Source: Malacoraja senta
Taxonomy: Eukaryota
Assembly: GCA_038087875.1 (NCBI GenBank)
Contig: CM075980.1
Location: 63,488,001 to 63,552,000, forward strand
Direction: 5' to 3'
DNA: 64,000 nucleotides
The notes beneath the pieces are model-generated. The model was given only the letters and a program-made list of their open reading frames with translations. It was not told the origin of the DNA and did no database searches. Shown here piece by piece: positions 1 to 12,997 of the stretch (its first letter is position 1; each line of letters starts with the position of its first letter). A program made the position numbers and the translations under genes.

Positions 1-3000
1 TCCTGGTTCAACATCCAATCTATGTTGTCATGGAACTTTCGTGACTTGGCGTCTGCTACTATGTAGAATCTACCTGGTAGATAAATAGCTGAAATATCTT
101 TTTCAATGCTCCAGGCCCAAATTTGATTAGCCAATCTGTCACAAAATACCGACTTGATTCCACCGATGTGATTAATATATATGCCACTTGCGTAGTATTG
201 TCAATCTGAAACTGAACATGCAGATTACATTTATTAGAGCAATAAGCCTTATCCATAAAAACCTCTTAATAGTTAATTGCCCATGTCTGCAGAAGCGATG
301 CCTCTTGCTCAGTCCATCTGCCTCCACAGCTGAAACTCATATCCGTGACACCCCACCCGCGTGCACTGACATTCATCTGCAAAATCATGGAAGGCTGGTC
401 AAGCATTACCTTGCTATAACTTCTGGACACATGGTGAATCCACCATTGCAAATCAGAAATAGCCTTTACTGATAAATGCATAGGTCTATTATAATGACCC
501 GAATGTATCCTTAATGCCTCCATTAGCTTGATACAGCTGTCAATTAGCTCTACCCTTTTTTCCCCTGGGCAGAGTCACTTAATTGAATCAATTGTGACCC
601 AAATAGTCAGGTGTTAATTTGGATTTCTCTGGAAGGATCAGCAATCAGCGACTGAGCAGCAATTTTAGAGGAAACGCCCACTGCTTTCCCTCATGCGATC
701 GTCGTGCCTTATGCATTCAGCATGGGATCCCAGCACATAGCCATGTTTGGATTCCTGTTTGGAGTTAATCCATACTAACCTTAGACACTCTTTTAGAGTG
801 GGACTAATCGAAGCTGAAGCAGGTATCACCATCCATCTCCATTTGCTTGTACATGCCTCTGTACCAAGCATGTTGTTCGACACCATTCCCCACAATCTTA
901 TCATATATGTGTGTGGCTCCATCTTCATCCGCTATACATCCACGTGGGAGGACTTATGCAACCTGCAACAGGAACTGCCCCAGGCCTGTGTGCCTGTATT
1001 TTAGCACCATCTCGACCACTACGGAGAACCGAGTGGGAGTAATGGCAACCCTGCAAACAGGTGTTGCTTCAGGCCCATGTGCATACTCCTGTAGCACTCT
1101 CTCGACCACTCCGCCATTTGAGTGGGAGAAATTTTGGCAACCCTTTACTAGGTGTCACCTCAGGCATGTGTGCATGTATTTTAGCACCATCTCGACCACT
1201 ACGGAGAACCGAGTGGGAGTAATGGCAACCCTGCAAACAGGTGTTGCTTCAGGCCCATGTGCATACTCCTGTAGCACTCTCTCGACCACTCCGCCATTTG
1301 AGTGGGAGAAATTTTGGCAACCCTTTACTAGGTGTCACCTCAGGCATGTGTGCATGTATTTTAGCACTATCTCGACCACTGTGGTGCACGAAGTGGGAGG
1401 AATGGCAACCCTGCAAACAGGTGTTACTTCAGGCACATGTGCATCCTCCTGTAGCACTCTCTCGACCACTCCGACCCTTGAGTGGGAGGAATTTTGCAAC
1501 CCTTTACTAGGTGTTGCTGCCTGACATGCCTTACGATGGAGCGTTGTTGGATTGCGACGAGACACAATGTTGTCTGACATTGATACCCCAGGCTTGGCAC
1601 TCACTCTGAGTTGGGGTTGTCAGGTCGCTGCCTACAGCAGCCGCCAGGACTAGCCGTGCAAATCGATACTCTGTTGGTATCCTCCTTCCCCAAACAGGCT
1701 GCACGTGCTAGCGACTCCAAATCGTGCTCCTTCCCGATGCCAACGGCGTCTATAGGGAAGAATTGGAGCGCCTCCGTACATCAGACATAGTGGGAAATGC
1801 TGGAACAAAACTTAACAGTTATTTGTCATAGGCAAAGACACCCATCCCAGTTAAACCTGGGATTTATTTACTTTTAATATGAATAATCAGGCGTCTTGGG
1901 GAAGAAAACGTGCACAGTCCCTTTAATGAGCAGAATTACTATGACGCCACCTGGTGTAACTCCCACAGGTGACTGATAATACAGCTCAACAAGGCTTCCC
2001 ATTTCCTAAATTGAGTAAATGATAATCATCTGTCTCGGTATGATAGTCACAATGTGACCAAGTGGTAACTATAATGTCTACCCTTTTGAACGCTTCCCTA
2101 AATTGCGTTCGTCCTTAATTTGGAGGGCAACACTGCCGGGATGCGTGAATTGTAAATTCTCCTTGAAGGCCAGCTTGAACCTAGACCTGAAACCTCCACA
2201 GAATTAGTAGAAAATGCTACTGCCATAGACACATAAGGGTGATAAACCACTAATCTCACTTCCTGAGTTGGGGTTGGGGTCAGCCACACACTGACCCCTT
2301 GTACTCCTCTCCACTGACCTGCTCTGATATGGCGCACCATATCAGGATAATACACGTGTGAGGACATACTTATATAACAGAGGGGACCCTCCTGGCCAGG
2401 CTCCACATAGTTTAGACTCATATGGGCTGCCAAAGTCGGGGTTACTGCCTCAATGAGTCGTGTATTCACCTGACGACCACGCTCAGTCTGCACCCCGAAC
2501 ACCCTCGGGAGTCCGACGGCCACCGGCTCCTCACTTTACCGAGGACCGTAGCCGGTATCCCCGCGGTCTAGAGCCGCGGCCCATATTTAAAACACATCTC
2601 GGGAGTCGCTGACCTGCCTGTCAGCGACTCGAAACAACAAGCCCAACAGCCACCCACAGTGACCGTAGCTTGCATAACCCGCGGTCGACAAAGCCCGAAT
2701 TGAACCTCGGGAGTCGCGGACCGTTCTGTCCGCGACTCAATCAGCAAAACCCACCGGCCGCCTGCTACCGCACTCCCGCGGTCCGAAGCCGGCATCCCCG
2801 CGGTCAACAATTTCCCCGCGGTCCACCGGGTTATGTTCAATTCGATATCCAGCAGGAACCTGCGAGAAGAGATTCCTGCAACGGACAACCTGAAAAGTAA
2901 GTTAAAACTTACCTGCAGGATTTTTCAAACTTACCGCTGGAGGAGCTCTGTTCCTCCCAGCCGGTCTACGCCAATGCGACCGACGTAATAATGACGCGCA

Positions 3001-3050
3001 TGCGCCCTGACGGGTCTTCTTCACGTAGTCACTCACGTGACTCCGAAGTA
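1..3050 (-). mobile_element. DIRS1-type retrotransposon copy 1, 5' part (continues left of window); decayed, RT largely deleted
   Basis: Terminus tcttcacgtagtcactcacgtgactccgaagta (3018-3050) is the reverse complement of the DIRS left end at 43907. ORF 266-523(-) LQWWIHHV...PSMILQ...GWG...CGGRW aligns with the RNase H region at 46190-46450. Only the tail of RT (about 540-640) lies between it and the gag-like region. Confidence 0.9.
940..1525. repeat. Tandem repeat, about 3 x 180 bp, each a dimer of diverged ~90-bp monomers
   Basis: Lines 1021-1200 and 1201-1380 differ at one base; the third copy is more diverged. The motif tagcac..tctcgaccact...gagtgggag...ggcaaccct recurs every ~90 bp. Confidence 0.95.
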
Positions 3051-3239
3051 AAATAATGTATGCATGTTGGTAGGTGCAACCGAAACAAAGATCTTTTTTT
3101 ATCATTGTTGTGTTTGAATACCACATAAAATATTATGTACTCTCAAGATCACATTAAATAGAATATTATTGCTTATATATATAGTTATTGGACTTTGCAT
3201 TTTGGAAAAGTCCCAGCTGAGAGGAAGACAGCAAATCAC

Positions 3240-3512
3240 TGAAAATATTAAGGATGAAAATGACTTCAGGACAGTTTGTTAGGAAAATGAAGGAAATGGT
3301 AACAGAATACTTATACAGCTGAGTGAGTATAATTTTATGGATGGGAAATTGTGTTCAACCAATTGATGACTTCTTTGACAAAGTAACTAGCATGTTAGAT
3401 AACAAGGAAGCCAATGGATGTAGCAAATTTTGCTATACAAAATTTGGTCCGTGAAGAGCCCCATAAAAGATTACTGCATTAGATAAGCACCTGTGGACTT
3501 GAACGTAATAGG
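3240..3512 (+). mobile_element. Decayed CR1 LINE RT fragment
   Basis: Degenerate match to the GKSCLTNL..FF..VT...DKG..VDVVY region seen intact at 40607-40828. Confidence 0.6.
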
Positions 3513-3905
3513 TTAAGTCCAGGGGGTCAGATATGGTGCTTTATGTGTGGACCAGATATATTGTCAGTGCAGAGGGGCTAGGAACAAGGCCAAGTGTACA
3601 TCCAGAGTCAAGGTCTGGAATAGTACTAGGTGTGCAGTCAAAGCTGGGACAATGGGAGTGTTCAGCACTGGGAACCTAAGCAGGTAAGCAGCTATGATCA
3701 AGGTAGAATAGGGGGCCAGGTGTAAGGCTGGACACAGGATCAGGAATAAGAGAAGGTTTGCAACTGGAGTCAGGGTCAGAAGTAGTACCAGGTGTGCAGT
3801 GAGACCCAGGTTGGTCAACATGGGCGTAGTGCTTGATTATAATCTGATTTCCATACATGAATACACTAAGATCATTCATGTGCTGCACCTGTTGATCAGA
3901 GCCTG
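3513..3905 (-). mobile_element. Possible solo LTR with internally duplicated segments
   Basis: Internal duplication (3590-3640 resembles 3750-3810), ataaagc polyA-like signal on the minus strand near 3540, gcacctg motif near 3885. Termini not resolved. Confidence 0.3.
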
Positions 3906-3989
3906 GCTATACTGTGGAATGTAATTAGGAATGTAATTTAACCTAACCTTATTCATAGCTAATCCAATTTAAAGCATAAATATTGCATT

Positions 3990-4177
3990 CAAGTGTAAGT
4001 TAAAAGACTCGCTACAGTATTCACCAGATTGCACAATTTCAAGCTGAAAAATGCAAACACTCCGTACCAATGGGAGGGGGGATACCCCCCTCCCACACCC
4101 CCCGGTCGCAATGCTCCCTCGGGCTTAGTCTCTTGCATTTTCTCACTCCCAACTCTCACCCAAAGTTGACAGCCCTG
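3990..4177. mobile_element. Terminal fragment of a non-autonomous DNA transposon (hAT-like end)
   Basis: Ends in gttgacagccctg (CAGGGCTGTCAAC on the reverse strand), with a subterminal gggaggggg...ccccctccc hairpin. Confidence 0.4.
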
Positions 4178-4179
4178 GA

Positions 4180-4742
4180 AACAGCATCTCATATACCACT
4201 TGGGTAGCTTGCAATCCAAAAATATGCACAATTGAATTCTCCAATTTTAGGTAACTAACCTAACCCCCTCCCCTATCTCCTTTTCTCTACCCATCCGCCT
4301 TTTCCCCTCTTCTGTTCCCTGTGCCTCACGTGGATTCACACCCATTTCTCCCCATCCCTACCCTTCTACCAACATTCCTTACTCTGGTTTCACAATTCGC
4401 AACTCTTCTGTCCTTATCTCACACCTTTTGATTTTTCATCTCTGGCTTTCATCCAACCATCTGCCTATCAAAAGTGATAGGAGCAGAATTGGGCCATTCG
4501 GTCCATCAAGTCTACTCCACCATTCAAACATGGTTGATCTATCTCTCCCTCTTAACCCCATTCTCCTACCTCTCACACTTGCCGGACTTTGTCCTTCCCC
4601 TCCTTTCTTCCAGTGTACTCCCCAACCCCCATCACCACCACAATCAGTCTGAAGGGTCCTGACCCAAAACATTACCTATCCATGTTCTCCAGAGATGCTG
4701 CCTGATCTGCCAATTTTCTCCAGCAATTTACGTCTTATTTTG
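4180..4742 (+). mobile_element. Penelope-like element 3' fragment
   Basis: Decayed HLIF.LGSL.P..M.IEFS endonuclease tail, a pyrimidine-rich 3' region and the terminal repeat cagtctgaagggtcctgacccaaaac...tccagagatgctgcctga, all matching the end of the 53129-54540 element. Confidence 0.8.
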
Positions 4743-5322
4743 GAATTACCATTTTGCTTCCTTTAACACCTGCTCGTTAAACCTTAGTTCTTGCATCTTG
4801 CTGGTTGTTATTTTATTTTAAATATGAGATCGTTTATTTACTCTTGGGGAAAATCTAATTGGTATAATTTGATCCAAGCACCTTCTTTATGGATACCTGG
4901 ATTGTCTTCTTGTTCAGCATTAGTTGTTTTCAAAAGTCAATGAGGATTGCTTGCTGGTCTCTATTTTCTTTGTTTTGATTTCTGCTCTAAAGTTATTATT
5001 TATTGTTGATTTATTTTGAGCCAGTTAACATCTGAATTATGCTTCTTTCAGTATATATAGTAATGAAATTCCACCCTAATTAATGGACATCAAATGTGGC
5101 ACAAATCTATGTGCTCTAAATTACTCTTTTAATATGATGTAAACCAAAAGCAGTCAATATATTTAGCACTAGTAGCAAAGGTTAAAGATTACTGCCTTTA
5201 CACAGTATTGCATGAATATACAGCAGGCTGCTTTTCTAAAGATTTTTGAGTAGATATTAATATATATCTTGGTATTTCAGCATGTAGAGATTGCAAAATG
5301 ATATGCCAGAGTTTGCTAACTG

Positions 5323-5376
5323 GTTGCTAAGGTCTTTCCAGGCAGTCCATAGCAACAGAGTTGCTACACTGGTGAC
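5323..5376. promoter_or_regulatory. Cluster of three RFX/X-box-like motifs
   Basis: gttgctaagg (5323), ccatagcaac (5347) and gttgctacactggtgac (5360) lie within 55 bp of non-repetitive DNA; X-box consensus is GTTGCCATGGCAAC. Confidence 0.4.
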
Positions 5377-8300
5377 ATCATGCTGTAGGCAGGCAGTGTT
5401 AAGACTGAAAACATGTGATGCCTGACACTGCCTCTATCTCGTTTTCTCGTGCAGATTTCTGCAGCCTGGGAGGGAGGTAAGGGGTCACATCCACGCACAA
5501 GCTCTGACATTGAACGTTTTTTTTTTACAGTATGCACATTAGCATTTATATTTGTCTTTAGCTGTGGTAATGCAACAATTTGACATTTGAGTTTTGCGTT
5601 GGTATTTGAAGGAATGCTCATGAGCAGGGGGCTTAGTCTGAATGAAGAAAGGGAACTGTCACTTAGATTATTTTGTACAGTGACATCATATAATATTTTT
5701 ATAGATTCTGCAGTTTGGAATTGAGTGAGTATGCAGTTGTATTGATTGCATCCTGTGGAGCAGGCACATCCTCCACAGACTTCTTCATGTAGCTCCTTCA
5801 GTACAGGCCGCTGTTGTCTGAAGTTGAAATGATACGCCTTATATCTGGTTAATTTTTACTGTACTTTTACCTTCCTTGCATAACAAAAACATTATTTGGT
5901 GATAGAAGACACTAACCGCATTTCTCCTTTCAGTCTGAGGCCTACTAAAGAAGTGATAATGTTAAATTATTTGAAATTTTCTGTACAGATTGTCCATCAG
6001 GTTGTTAATGGACAACTTGATGCATCTGAAATTAAGACATAACTAGCAATTATACATAGGTTGATTTGCTGACAAATATTTATTTTGTCTGGCTTTGTAT
6101 TCTAAGAATGTTGTTGAAAACCCCCCCCAAAATTTAATCAGCCAATATTAAATATATTTAACAAATTCTGACAAGCAGTCATGGGGCCAATATGATCCAG
6201 TATACAAACTGCAAAGCTAAAATATCAGTCAGAGGAGATTATAATCAATCCATAATCTGAAGCCTCATACTGAATACTGTTGATTATTAAAAAAAAAAAA
6301 TTGACCACAATGTAGAAGAGCTACATGTGTGATTCCCCAGAATCTGGAGTCTGAGTTAGAAGTAAAACTGGTGCCTTGAAATGAACCAGCAACTGTAAAG
6401 ACATTGGAGTCAGTTAATGGCAGGCCAATGAACATTTTGTTCGAGAGTCCACTGCTGGGAATTCAACCACTTCAGAGCAGTCAAAGGCAATCCGGCAGAT
6501 CTGGACCGGGTGGGTGGGTGCTTACAGGAGGGAAAGTCGGACATTGGAGTGATTGCGGTTGGTACTGATTAGGAGGTAAGGGAGCTGGGTGGGGTAAGGG
6601 TTAGTTGTGGAGGATCAGTGACAGGGATTGGTGAGATCAATAGTCTGGAGGGGAGAAATCAGTGGTGTTAGGAGGAATTAATAATCGGGGGATGTTTTGC
6701 TATTTGGGGTTGGTGTGATTCTAAATATGCACAAGGAACTGGATGGAATGATTTATTTGGGCCCTTGTGTTGGCTCCGATGGCCAGTGAAATAGTGGCTG
6801 TTGTGATGATCACTTTGTTGCCTGATCTACATAACTCTTCATTCCTCTGTAGTAAAAAAATGTCATACATCTCACACTTAGTGACATAATGCTTCAATTT
6901 TCATGACTCCTTGAAGCAGAGAATTCAGAAGATTTACACAGTCTATCATCCTGAGATCATATCCACTAATTTGAGACTGGAGCTTGCCTACCTGAGCCAT
7001 ATTCAACAGTGTCAGTGTTGGGTCTGTATTAGGTATGGTGGAAATAATTTATGACCTCAGGCTTGGGCCTGCCTTTTATGAGAAAATGGCCTAAGATTGT
7101 TAATGGGGTTACTTGCCAACAGGTAGGTTGGAAAGTGGCAATACAGGAAGTAGTTGTATAATTCTATGACTTCATCGAACATCATGTGTAATGGAAACAG
7201 GCTATCTGAGCTAACCCCATTTGCCTGGGTATTTAAGTATCAGCCTGTGTTGGCTGACTCCTTCAATTTTTTACAGCAGATGGTGAGAGAGCAGATTTCA
7301 TAGAACTTCAGACAGAAATTGAGATACAATTCAAGAAATAAAAAAATGGTCAATACCTGATGTAAACAGATAAAAATTGGCTTGCTTTTTAACAGGATTT
7401 TTAAAGAATGAATTTCCATCAGCATATCTCAAAGTTGATAAAATTATGACGATTCATGAATGATTTGGGAATAACTTTACAACTCCATATACTACCGGGC
7501 TGTTGACAATGGAGAATAACTGTCAGAGCTGATTATTCCTGCGAGAACTCAACTGTTCTTTATGAATGCTGGTCAGGCAGATCCTGTGGAGAAAGAAACA
7601 GAGTTCAGGTTTTGAGCATGTATAGTTTTTTGATTTTCAATTATTATTTTAATTACTAGTCTGTGTCTGGTCCAGAGTTTTATGTCAACTGACAGTGGGT
7701 TCCAGGAGAAGAGCAATGGGACCTGGCTATATATGTAGAAACCAGGAACTGCAGGTGCTGGTTTTCCAAAAATATATACAAAATGCTGGAGTAACTCAGC
7801 AGGTCAGGCAGCATCGCTAGTAAACATGAATAGGTGATGATTCACTTAATTTTATACTTGAGCTTACCTCTTTTACACTGAGACCTCTACAAGAAGAAAT
7901 ACTCCCAACACAAGACCAAATAACCTCTCTATATCTATCCTGGAAACTTCCTTTAGAATCTTCTATGCTTCAATAAGAACATATCTCAATCTGTTTAACT
8001 CATTAGACAATAGTCTCATTCTGCTTAATCTCTCCTCATAGGACAGCCATCGCATTCCAGGATCATCGTTGTTCAGAGTTCTAAAAGCAAACAACTTCAA
8101 ATGTTGGGATTCTGAAATCAAACCATAAAATGCTGAAGATACTTACTGCACTTCCCCAGATTCCTCCATGCATTAGTGTTTCGGATACATGGAGGGCCTG
8201 GAATGAAAAGTAGAGACTGAGCCATCAATGTGGCGAGTACTGATTTTTCATCATATTATGTTTTCATATAAATTAAACGTGAATGGTGCTATACAATCTA

Positions 8301-10759
8301 GTCTCTATGCATTAATATGGAATAAAAGATATATGGGTTCTCCTGTCACAGTTCAACAGTTCCAGGTTCGAGTCAAATGGATGTTTAAGTACAAAAACCT
8401 GGAAGTTGCACTAACCAAGTAGTTAGTTTGTGAAAATCTCACCTTGTTCTCTGGCTCACCACTGAAATGCATGAATTGCTGTGAAATTGGTGAATTTTAA
8501 ATTCCCTTTATAGAGTTGTATATTATCCATTTCAGTCTGTATGCTCATTTAACCATGATGTTTCCCACTGCCAATCAACCTCTTTAACAAAGCAAATTAT
8601 CTGTGACAAACAAGCAGTCTGATTTCTTCAAGAATTAAATATCACTGGAGATTTTAAGAATATTAATCTTTAATTTTTGTGAATCTTTTTACTCGTTCAA
8701 TCCAATCTTTCTTTTATGTTATTTTTCTTACATGATTTGCAATAGAGTTATTTCACTCTAATCTACTCAGTCTCTGCACTAATAGAAATATCCTTCAGAC
8801 CAATTTTCTGGTTAAACAGAGTTGGTTTCCAGGTTCATTCATATCAACATGCCATTTTTCTCTGGAGGACCATTATTAGCACGCACTTATAGCAATTTGG
8901 CACACAAACCATATGTCACCCAAATGGGCATGGAGAAGTTCAGCTAACTGCAGATATCATTAGATTTAAACTGGGATAGAAAAGCAGGATAAAAAATAGG
9001 TAAGTTTGGAGCTGAAGTCAGGAAATTCTCATTTAGGCGAGTGATCATATTTGGACCAACTAAGCATGTAAAAGTTTTCTCTCTGCCACATGGATGCTGC
9101 AGTGACTTCATAGATGTTAGAATTGCTATGAGTTGTTTCATTGCGATGGGCTGCAAGAAATTCCTCTTCATTGTCTTGTGGATGACTATCTCTTGCGAAT
9201 CAGCCTTGTAACGATAGAGAAATGGCTCTAATCCTAACCAATTTTCTAGGCAGCAACAAAGTGACAGTGGTTGTTGCTGATCTCAGAAGCCCGTAAAAAT
9301 ATAAAAGTCTCGAAACATGTATTCTCAGATATAGCATTGCTCCTTTCCAAGATCCACTTGGCATTCTTTAGCCCTGGAGGATGTCAGAAACTCTTGGTAC
9401 AAAAACGTGCCTCCAATGGGCCTTGTTCTTCACCCACCTATCCAGGTCCTTGTCTCTTTAGAGCATTCTCTCTACACTTTCCACCATAAAAATGCCTTCT
9501 ATTGTAGACATTTATTAAGTTGCACTATTGTTGGAAGAGGGTTATGTGTATTGTGGGATGTCCCTTTAATATCTCGAGGCAGTAATCATATCCACAAGCC
9601 TGAATGATGATAGCTGCGAGAACTCACAGTGCAGCATTACACATGGACACCCATCAGTGCTGTTTTCTCAACCTGAGAGTTGAAGATCTTGATGTTCATG
9701 GGACTTTCACCAATAGGATGAGTTTCGTTCTACATCCCAAATGGGTTTGTAATTAAATTGGCAACTGTAAATTACTCCTAGTTTGTAGGTGAGTGGTAGA
9801 ATCTATGGGGAGTTATTGGGAATGTGGGGAGAATAAAATGAGATTAGTAGAGAAATAGTGTAAAAGGATAAATGATTGTTGGCACAAACTCGGTGGGCAG
9901 AAGGGCTTGTTTCCGTGCTGTATGATTTCATGTGTTTAACGGTGTCCCACAATGCTATCTTATCATTTTAACTACATAATAATTACAATTTTAAGGCTTA
10001 AATCTGCCGACCCTACCATGGCCCTAACCCTAACACAAAGAAACAATTATAGGTATATTGATATTCCTTTTTTTCTTAAGTCACTGGGTACTCGTGAGTC
10101 TGTTTGATTTTGAATATATCATGTGAATAGATGTCATAGAATGGAAATTAAGTAGAGGGATTGTCATTGAATGAAATCCATATGGATTTATCTAATCTGA
10201 TTGGCAATGCAACTTGACCAGTGACGGAAACTGGTAGGGCGTGGATATATTTGAGCTCCTCTGTAAATCTGATCACTCTGATGAGTATAAAGATACATGT
10301 GTCATAGATGGTGAATGCACACTAATTTTGCATTAACTGTCTGATTCTATATAGCATACTAAACTTTGTGCATCAGACCCATGTAATAATCTCCCATACA
10401 GTGGACAAAAATAGCTCATTAACACTTCAAAGTTAATCTAATTTTGGTTGCATTAATTGTTTTTCTACAATGCCATTCTTTCTTTTCATTTTAACTCATC
10501 TGTCAGAAATGAGGGATGCTCACTTCCAGTTCACAATACATACAGTTGAGTGCTTTCACATTATTAGTGTGGCTCATTTAGTTGCTGGCTGATGGTGAGT
10601 GGGTATTGTAGAGATAGAAATACTTCAGTTTTATTTTAAAGGCCTCCAAAATGGCCTCTATTTTACTTTAGATAAGAATATACAGTCAATACTAAGTAGC
10701 ACGCAACAGTGGCCTGAGGTATTTGGGCATGTTTGTTGTAATGTTTCTTGTAGTGTTTG

Positions 10760-11848
10760 GAACATAGAAACATAGAAGATAGGTGTAGAAGGAGGCCATT
10801 CGGCCCTTCGAGCCAGCACCGCCATTCATTGTGATCATGGCTGATCGTCCCCAATCAATAACCCATGCCTGCCTTCTCCCCATATCCCTTGATTCCACTA
10901 GCCCTTAGAGCTCTATCACACTCTCTCTTAAATCCATCCAGTGATTTGGCCTCCACTGCCCCCTGTGGCAGGGAATTCCACAAATTCACAACACCCTGGG
11001 TGAAAAAGTTTTTTCTCACCTCAGTCTTAAATGGCCTCCCCTTTATTCTAAGACTGTGGCCCCTGGTTCTGGACTCGCCCAACATTGGGAACATTTTTCC
11101 TGCATCTAGATTGTCCAGTCCTTTTATAATATTATATGTTTCTATAAGATATCCCCTCATCCTTCTAAACTCCAGTGAATACAAGCATAGTCTTTTCAAT
11201 CTTTCCTCATATGACAGTCCCGCCATCCCAGGGATCAATCTCGTGAACCTACGCTGCACTGCCTCAACCACAAGGATGTCCTTCCTCAAATTAGGAGACT
11301 AAAACTGTACACAATACTGCAGATGTGGTCTTACCAGAGCCCTATACAACTGCAGAAGAACCTATTTACTCCTATACTGAAATCCTCTTGTTATGAAGGC
11401 CAACATTCTATTAGCTTTCTTCACTGCCTGCTGTACCTGCACGCCAACTTTCAGTGACTGGTGTACAAGAACACCCAGGTCTTGCTGCACCTCCCCCTTA
11501 CCTAACCTAACCCCATTGAGATAATAATCTGCCCTGTTGTTTTTGCCGCCAAAGTGGATAACCTCACATTTATCTATATTATACTGCATCTGCCACCCAT
11601 CTGCCCACTCACTCAACCTGTCCAGGTCACCCTGCTAACCTCCTAACATCCTCTTCACAGTTCACACTGCCACCCAGCTTTTTGTCATCCGCAAACTTGC
11701 TAGTGTTGCTCCTAATTCCCTCTTCCAAATCATTAATATATATGGTAAACAGTTGCGGCCCCAACACTGAGCCTTGCGGCACTCCACTCGCCACTGCCTG
11801 CCATTCTGAAAAGGACCCGTTCACTCCTACTCTTTGCTTCTTGTCTGC
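10760..11848 (-). mobile_element. CR1 (HER1-like) LINE, 5'-truncated, frameshifted
   Basis: ORFs 11627-11860 ([20 protein letters not shown]...KFADD), 11362-11616 and 10855-11289 encode the CR1 RT and C-terminus. The 3' tail is (ttctatgt)n-like at 10760-10778. Confidence 0.95.
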
Positions 11849-12504
11849 TGAGCTCAGCAACTCAATACAATTGTTTGAATAGAATAATTATTATAACATG
11901 GTACTGGACTACCAACCTAAGTATTCAAATGAATGAAATTGAGTGCATGACTCAAAATGGAGATACTTTTATTATAAAGCATTCAATGTATGGGAAGAAT
12001 GACCCGATGCTACCTACAGTGGATTGCAGATGGGAAGAACCATCTCATATACAGAAATACTTTGACATTGATGTATTGACAGCATTAACTCAGATACCTT
12101 ATTCCGCAGAATATGATATTAATGAATACATGAAGTATAGAGACTCAATTTGGATTTTGAAGATTTGACTGTTTGATATTAAGTTAATGAGGTTTGAACA
12201 TGCAATTGTTCAACTTAAAATAATGTCAAACTGACGCAGGCATTTTGAAATACTGCAAATTTACTTTATCTTCATTGGTGTGTTTGTTTGATTTTGAATG
12301 CAGTCATCACTTTCATTTACCAGTAACAATTTTGAAATAAGCAAATTTATCAAATTGCAGATGAAAAAGAGATGTGTAAGCATTTTTTGCAGAAAACAGG
12401 TTTTGTTTGAAGTCACCTTTTTAATTAGTTTATTCAAATTTGTTGCAATGGGTGGAAAGCCACAAAAAGTTGAACCTAATTTTAATGAAATACTGAGCTC
12501 CTAA

Positions 12505-12785
12505 AGCCCCTGTCCCACTTTCACAACCTAATTGGCGACCTCTGCCGAGTTTGCCCTTGACTCATACTCGCAGCATGGTCGCCACGAGGTCGTAGGAGGT
12601 CGTAGGTCACTCTTCCTCATGCTCGTGAGTGGTCTCCGCATACTCGTGGCCTCAAGAAGGTCGCGCCGTTTTTTCCAGCCTGATAAAAAATGTCCACGAG
12701 TAAAAAAAAGGTCGGCATGGAGAAAATTTATACTTTTTACTCGTAGGTAGGTCGTAGTAGGTCGTGATGGTAGTCGTAGGTCGGT
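12505..12785. mobile_element. PIF/Harbinger-type MITE, one end only
   Basis: Begins taa|agcccctgtcccacttt and shares gacctctgccgagtttgcccttgactcatactcgcagcatggtcg with the complete MITE at 37073-37297. Confidence 0.8.
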
Positions 12786-12997
12786 AAAAGCATGTACTAA
12801 TTCGGGAATGTCAGCATGGATTTGTGGAGGGGGGGGAGGTTTGATTCTTCAATCGATTCGAGATTCAATCGGAAGTTTGATTGAGTTTTTTGAGGAAGTA
12901 ATAGAGATGATTGAATAGGATAGAGCAGTGGAAATTGTGTGGACTTTAGTAAAGCTTATGACAAGTTCTATCATGATAGCCTAGTCCAGAGGATTAA

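Noticed and set aside
940-1525. CRISPR-like repeat-spacer array
   Set aside because: Whole units repeat with no unique spacers, there are no cas genes, and the context is a eukaryotic DIRS element.
10865-11302. ORFs antisense to CR1 (also 39782-40246, 41235-41627, 63417-63605)
   Set aside because: These are shadow frames of LINE ORF2.
11875-12168. 97-aa ORF in unique AT-rich DNA
   Set aside because: TTG start, no recognisable motif and no splice context.
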